Virus record (IMG/VR): IMGVR_UViG_3300025543_000006
Coordinates: 1 to 34,736 of that record
DNA length: 34,736 bases
DNA from: a virus
Strand: one strand, 5' to 3'
The translations under genes were made by a program, and so were the position numbers. Shown here in pieces: positions 31,275 through 34,736 of the stretch (position 1 is the stretch's first letter; the number at the start of each line of letters is the position of its first letter). Below the pieces are notes generated by a model. That model worked only from the letters and a program-made list of their open reading frames with translations, was not told where the DNA came from and did not search any database.

Positions 31275-31712
31275 ATGGGCTTACTATCAATCGAAATTAC
31301 TTCTGAGGAAGATGATGCGCCGCTAATCACGAAAAAGCAGAACGCTGAGACGCGCACTTTTGTGATGGAAAAATGGATGCTTGGCCCTGAAAAGACCAAG
31401 GGCGACAACTCTGATTACTGGCGTGACCTATCTGTTTACTGGCGCATCAGCCCAGACCAAGCCAAGCGCAACCTGTGCGCTAACTGCGAATACTTCAACG
31501 ACAGCCCCGATATGCTTGCCAAGATGGACGTAGTGCCACAAGACAAGTTTGACGCCGATGGCGGTGGTCGCGGCTGGTGTTCCAAGTGGGAGTTCATTTG
31601 CCACAACTTACGCACCTGCAAGGCTTGGGAAGAAGGCGAGCAGGAAATGGAAGAAGGTTCAGATTACTCTAACGGAGAAAACGATGGGAACGACGAATCA
31701 GAAGATGCCTAA
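31275..31712 (+). CDS. Cys-rich protein with an acidic tail and HiPIP-like Cys spacing.
   Basis: 145 aa with CANCEYF...GRGWCSKWEFICHNLRTCKAWEE, then EGEQEMEEGSDYSNGENDGNDESEDA. Confidence 0.6.
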   Translation: MGLLSIEITSEEDDAPLITKKQNAETRTFVMEKWMLGPEKTKGDNSDYWRDLSVYWRISPDQAKRNLCANCEYFNDSPDMLAKMDVVPQDKFDADGGGRGWCSKWEFICHNLRTCKAWEEGEQEMEEGSDYSNGENDGNDESEDA

Positions 31713-31848
31713 AGCAGGCAAGGCAAAGGTAGCCAAAACCATGCGTGAGTATGGCGAGGGTATGCTCAAGACCAGCTACGGCAAACCAGTCAAGAGCCAA
31801 AAGCAGGCGGTAGCCATTGCTATGTCTCAAGCCAAGCGGAAAAAATGA
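31684..31848 (+). CDS. Small basic protein, DUF6496-like.
   Basis: It is in the frame of track ORF 31549..31848. GGAG lies upstream of ATG 31684, and ATG 31705 is an alternative. KAKVAKTMREYGEGMLKTSYGKPVKSQKQAVAIAMSQAKRKK matches DUF6496, from memory. Confidence 0.55.
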   Translation: MGTTNQKMPKAGKAKVAKTMREYGEGMLKTSYGKPVKSQKQAVAIAMSQAKRKK

Positions 31849-31997
31849 AGACGGGTCTCTACGCCAACATCCACGCCAAGCGTAAGCGTATTGCTGAAGG
31901 CTCTGGTGAGAAGATGAACAAGGCTGGGAGCAAGAGCGCACCAAGCGCAAAAGACTTTAAATCTGCCGCGAAAACGGTCAAGAAGAAAAAGAAGTAG
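31845..31997 (+). CDS. 50-aa basic protein (not in the ORF track).
   Basis: It has an ATGA overlap upstream. Own translation: MKTGLYANIHAKRKRIAEGSGEKMNKAGSKSAPSAKDFKSAAKTVKKKKK. Confidence 0.5.
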   Translation: MKTGLYANIHAKRKRIAEGSGEKMNKAGSKSAPSAKDFKSAAKTVKKKKK

Positions 31998-31999
31998 CT

Positions 32000-33490
32000 A
32001 TGCCATCCTTACTTGACGACCCAGAAGCCTACGCATTTGCCGCACAATTAGCGGAAGACCGTAGGCGCAAGCTAACCGACCAACAGGCTCTAAACGCCAT
32101 CTTGCAAGGCGTTGGCGATTTGCCATACACCTTACTGGGCGCACCTGTTGAAATTGGCACTGGGTTGTTAAGGGCAGGCGGCATGGCTCAAGGTGAGCAA
32201 GTTGGCGGCATTGATTACATTAAGAGAAAAGCTACCGAGTTAGGTATTCGACCACCAGACTCTGATGACCCAACGATGCGTGATATGCGTATGGGTGCTG
32301 AGATTGCCATGGGCGGTGTTGACCCCACAAGAGTCGCAAGGGCAGGCGGCGCTGTCGCTGGTGCTGTGGCGAGAGAGGCAAAACCCATCATTGGCGATGC
32401 CTTAGAAAATTACATGGCAAAGTCTGGCTTGGCTCCAAGAATTTATCTGCCAACAACGCCAAAGTCCCCTAACCCATTGGTCGGCTCTCGGTTTGATAGT
32501 GATTTTATGGGTGGTCTTGCTGAAAAAAACATTATCAGGCCAGAGGACATACAAGGGTCTAGCGTTATTTTTACGCCTTGGGATAGCACCAGTAGGAACC
32601 AGTTAGTCAGGTCTGTTTCTGAGGTTGAGTTGCCGCAAGGGATTTTGACAACTGGCGGTCAAGACTTTGCCCGTGATTTAGAGCATATTGCGATGGGCGT
32701 CGGCGGCGCGTCAGGCAAGTCTATTGCAAAAAGAGTAATGGAAAGAGCAAAGAACGCCGAAAAAGAAAACTTGGCGAGAGGCGGCACTGGCAAGGTTTAC
32801 ATGATGCCTATTACGATGGGCGCGCGTGCTGAAGACTTCTCTACGATGCCGACAGACATAATGCTTGGCCTAGTAGATAAGGCCAAATTGAACAAAGACA
32901 CGATTCAAAGCATTGATGACCGTATCCGAGCGCAGTTTAAAGTCAACAAAAATACCAAAGAAAAAACCTACCCGTTTGCTGAATTTGCTGGGATTATGAC
33001 CGAGAAAGGGCGCAAGCAACTTGCTGGCAAAGAGCGAATTGTTCTAAAGGGTGGCAAGAAGGGCGGCACTAGCGGAGACCTAAGAAAAGCGTTTGCCGAC
33101 ACAATGCGGCTAAAGCAAAACCAAGAGGCGGCGCAGTACAACATTGAGGACTTGGTAACGTCAATCACAGACCCGTCCCTATTGAACGTCCCTAAAGGCT
33201 ACGCTGGTAACACGCTGATTGAGATGCTACCAGACCGAGGGCTGTTGGCCTCAACCCACCCAGCATACGACACGGACTTTGCTGGGCTTTATGCAGGCTC
33301 ACTTGGCAAAAACCTAAGAGCAGAAGACATTGCCCAAGAACGTTACGCCGCACTTGCACAGGAGATGGCGGGGCGTGAAGGAAATCTTCGGAATAACGTG
33401 CTAGGCGCTTTAGAGAAGCGGAAAGAAAATGTTGGCGAATTTATGGATGCAAGGGCTGTGGACGAGTTAAGCAGGCTACTCGGACTCTAA
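32000..33490 (+). CDS. 496-aa orphan protein.
   Basis: Track ORF. No catalytic or structural motif recognised. Confidence 0.7.
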   Translation: MPSLLDDPEAYAFAAQLAEDRRRKLTDQQALNAILQGVGDLPYTLLGAPVEIGTGLLRAGGMAQGEQVGGIDYIKRKATELGIRPPDSDDPTMRDMRMGAEIAMGGVDPTRVARAGGAVAGAVAREAKPIIGDALENYMAKSGLAPRIYLPTTPKSPNPLVGSRFDSDFMGGLAEKNIIRPEDIQGSSVIFTPWDSTSRNQLVRSVSEVELPQGILTTGGQDFARDLEHIAMGVGGASGKSIAKRVMERAKNAEKENLARGGTGKVYMMPITMGARAEDFSTMPTDIMLGLVDKAKLNKDTIQSIDDRIRAQFKVNKNTKEKTYPFAEFAGIMTEKGRKQLAGKERIVLKGGKKGGTSGDLRKAFADTMRLKQNQEAAQYNIEDLVTSITDPSLLNVPKGYAGNTLIEMLPDRGLLASTHPAYDTDFAGLYAGSLGKNLRAEDIAQERYAALAQEMAGREGNLRNNVLGALEKRKENVGEFMDARAVDELSRLLGL

Positions 33491-33625
33491 CTCAAGTGCA
33501 AGACCGTGTAACATCGAGATTGCATCTGCGATTAGGTTTTGCTGAATCAACTCACTAGCGTCAATAAAGTCATCATCAACATCAATGTGCGGGCCAGTAT
33601 CTTTAACTGTAATTTCAATTTTCAT
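33476..33625 (-). CDS. 49-aa acidic protein, the only reverse-strand gene in the late region.
   Basis: I chose internal ATG 33625 of track ORF 33476..33757 (MKIEITVKDTGPHIDVDDDFIDASELIQQNLIADAISMLHGLALELESE), with AAGGAG upstream. Confidence 0.5.
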   Translation of the reverse strand: MKIEITVKDTGPHIDVDDDFIDASELIQQNLIADAISMLHGLALELESE

Positions 33626-33646
33626 ACAAACACTCCTTTGTAAATA

Positions 33647-33675
33647 AATGTAACACAACCACGGTATGAGGTCAA
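33647..33675 (-). promoter_or_regulatory. Sigma70-like promoter for the antisense gene.
   Basis: On the - strand: TTGACC (33675-33670), a 17-nt spacer, then TGtTACATT with the -10 at 33652-33647. Confidence 0.5.
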
Positions 33676-33676
33676 C

Positions 33677-33952
33677 ATGACAGTTAAACGAGGCAAGGAA
33701 CAGTTCGCTGGCTACAACAAGCCCAAGAGAACACCAAGCCACTCTACCAAGAGCCACGCAGTACTAGCCAAGTCTGGTGACGAGGTAAAGCTGATTAGAT
33801 TCGGTCAGCAAGGTGTAAGTGGCTCCCCCAAGAAGGAAGGCGAGTCAAGCGCATCCAAAGCACGCAGGGACTCATTCAAAGCTAGGCACGCAGAAAACAT
33901 CTCAAAAGGAAAAATGAGCGCCGCTTACTGGGCTAACAAGACTAAGTGGTAA
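33677..33952 (+). CDS. Small basic conserved phage protein (DUF5872-like, from memory).
   Basis: 91 aa with GYNKPKRTPSHSTKSHAVLAKSGDEVKLIRFGQQG...FKARHAENISKGKMSAAYWANKTKW. Confidence 0.6.
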   Translation: MTVKRGKEQFAGYNKPKRTPSHSTKSHAVLAKSGDEVKLIRFGQQGVSGSPKKEGESSASKARRDSFKARHAENISKGKMSAAYWANKTKW

Positions 33953-33966
33953 TATAGAGACTCTAT
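33947..33966 (+). promoter_or_regulatory. Extended -10-like element overlapping a 13-bp palindrome upstream of terS.
   Basis: TGgTAATAT (33947-55) and ATAGAGACTCTAT (33954-66, 6-bp arms). Confidence 0.35.
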
Positions 33967-33997
33967 CAACATCACCAACCCAATAGGGAGTGAAACA

Positions 33998-34285
33998 ATG
34001 AATAAACAAACCGAAAATAATCGCGGCAGACCCAAAGGGTCACCAAACAAGTCCACAGCGGCGGTTAGAGAGGCTATGGCGCTCTTTGCAGAGAACAACG
34101 TACACAAGTTCGAGGAATGGATTACGGACGTTGCAGAGGGCGCTGATGGCAGGCAAGCTGACCCAGCAAAGGCGGCTGACTTATTCCTAAAGGCCATTGA
34201 GTACCACATACCCAAGTTAGCCCGCACCGAGGTGACTGGCGAGAACAACGGCCCAGTGGAGATGAAGATTACATGGATGAAGTAA
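33998..34285 (+). CDS. terS: Putative terminase small subunit.
   Basis: 95 aa directly upstream of, and overlapping, terL. The N-terminal NRGRPKGSPNKST DNA-binding-type motif is common in small terminases. GGGAG is the SD. Confidence 0.6.
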   Translation: MNKQTENNRGRPKGSPNKSTAAVREAMALFAENNVHKFEEWITDVAEGADGRQADPAKAADLFLKAIEYHIPKLARTEVTGENNGPVEMKITWMK

Positions 34286-34736
34286 TCGAAATCCAATACG
34301 CACCAAGAGCGCAACAACAGCAAATCCATGACCTGATTGACGCCAAGCGCTTTTCTGTCGTGGTGGCTCATCGTAGGATGGGCAAGACGGTCTCAGCAAT
34401 CAACCATCTGATAATGAGCGCCGTTCTCAATAAGAATGAAGCGCCGCGCTACGCCTACATTGCCCCGACATACGGTCAAGCCAAACGAATAGCTTGGGAC
34501 TATCTGGTCAAGTATGTGGAGCCACTAGGGGCGGTTGCCAACATTGCTGAACTGCGGGTGGACTTCTGGGGTCGGCGTATCCAGCTATACGGCTCAGATA
34601 ATCCTGACTCACTGCGAGGCCAATACTTTGATGGCGTCATCTTGGATGAGATTGGCGACCAGAACCCAAAGATATGGACGGACATTATTCGACCAGCGTT
34701 GTCAGACCGAAAGGGTTGGTGTTCATTCATTGGTAC
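34273..34736 (+). CDS. terL: Terminase large subunit, N-terminal ATPase part. The ORF runs off the window end and continues at nt 128 via the overlap.
   Basis: Own translation from ATG 34273: MDEVIEIQYAPRAQQQQIHDLIDAKRFSVVVAHRRMGKTVSAINH...YFDGVILDEIGDQ. It has a Walker A-like HRRMGKT and a Walker B-like VILDE. It overlaps the terS end by 13 nt. It is absent from the ORF track because no stop lies inside the window. Confidence 0.9.
   Translation, partial: MDEVIEIQYAPRAQQQQIHDLIDAKRFSVVVAHRRMGKTVSAINHLIMSAVLNKNEAPRYAYIAPTYGQAKRIAWDYLVKYVEPLGAVANIAELRVDFWGRRIQLYGSDNPDSLRGQYFDGVILDEIGDQNPKIWTDIIRPALSDRKGWCSFIG
34610..34736. repeat. Terminal overlap, copy 2 (identical to 1-127).
   Basis: Same 127 nt as the window start. 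The unique genome length is therefore 34,609 bp. Confidence 0.95.

Noticed and set aside
32000-33490. STS and ExE motifs (DSTSRN...SEVEL) in the 496-aa orphan could be an R-S-E ADP-ribosyltransferase signature.
   Set aside because: The two motifs are only ~12 residues apart, whereas ARTs need about 40-60. No properly spaced upstream Arg motif is evident.

Overview
The window is a complete, circularly closed dsDNA phage genome with no host flanks. Nt 1-127 are identical to nt 34610-34736, so the unique length is 34,609 bp and the large-terminase gene is split across the window ends.

Layout:
- (i) + strand 1-23508: late genes. These are the terL 3' part, a portal with a P22-like helical C-terminus, scaffold, a phiEco32/SU10-type capsid protein followed by a terminator, adaptor and tail-hub genes, three ejection-protein-sized genes, two tail-fibre genes, a lysis cassette with a GH108 endolysin, and then a SprT-like protease and an HTH-metallophosphoesterase.
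- (ii) - strand 23444-27313: early-left genes. These are Erf, an SSB-like protein with a DDDMPF tail, a winged-helix protein, a 47-aa ribbon-helix-helix protein missing from the ORF track, a MazG-like protein, an NrdR-like zinc ribbon, and many coupled micro-ORFs.
- (iii) + strand 27442-31182: early-right genes. These are DUF3310, a DUF1376 replication initiator, NinB and NinG.
- (iv) + strand 31275-34736: late leader genes. These are a Cys-rich protein, three small basic proteins, a 496-aa orphan, one antisense acidic gene, terS and the terL 5' part.

I saw no integrase, CI/Cro-type switch, DNA or RNA polymerase, reverse transcriptase, transposase, tRNA or CRISPR array.

All family names are motif recognition from memory, not searches.

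The items I rate most worth follow-up are:
- a duplicated ~80-100-nt promoter/operator/leader module at 24934-25032 and 27314-27390, driving operons of tiny orphan ORFs;
- a candidate ~70-nt structured RNA with its own extended -10 promoter and terminator at 27819-27904;
- the accessory pair after the lysis genes, plus the convergent MazG and Zn-ribbon genes;
- the orphan late-leader cluster at 31275-33675;
- the internally duplicated, compositionally mosaic 1240-aa tail fibre;
- a lysis cassette with no recognisable spanins.

I could not identify one clearly novel system with confidence.
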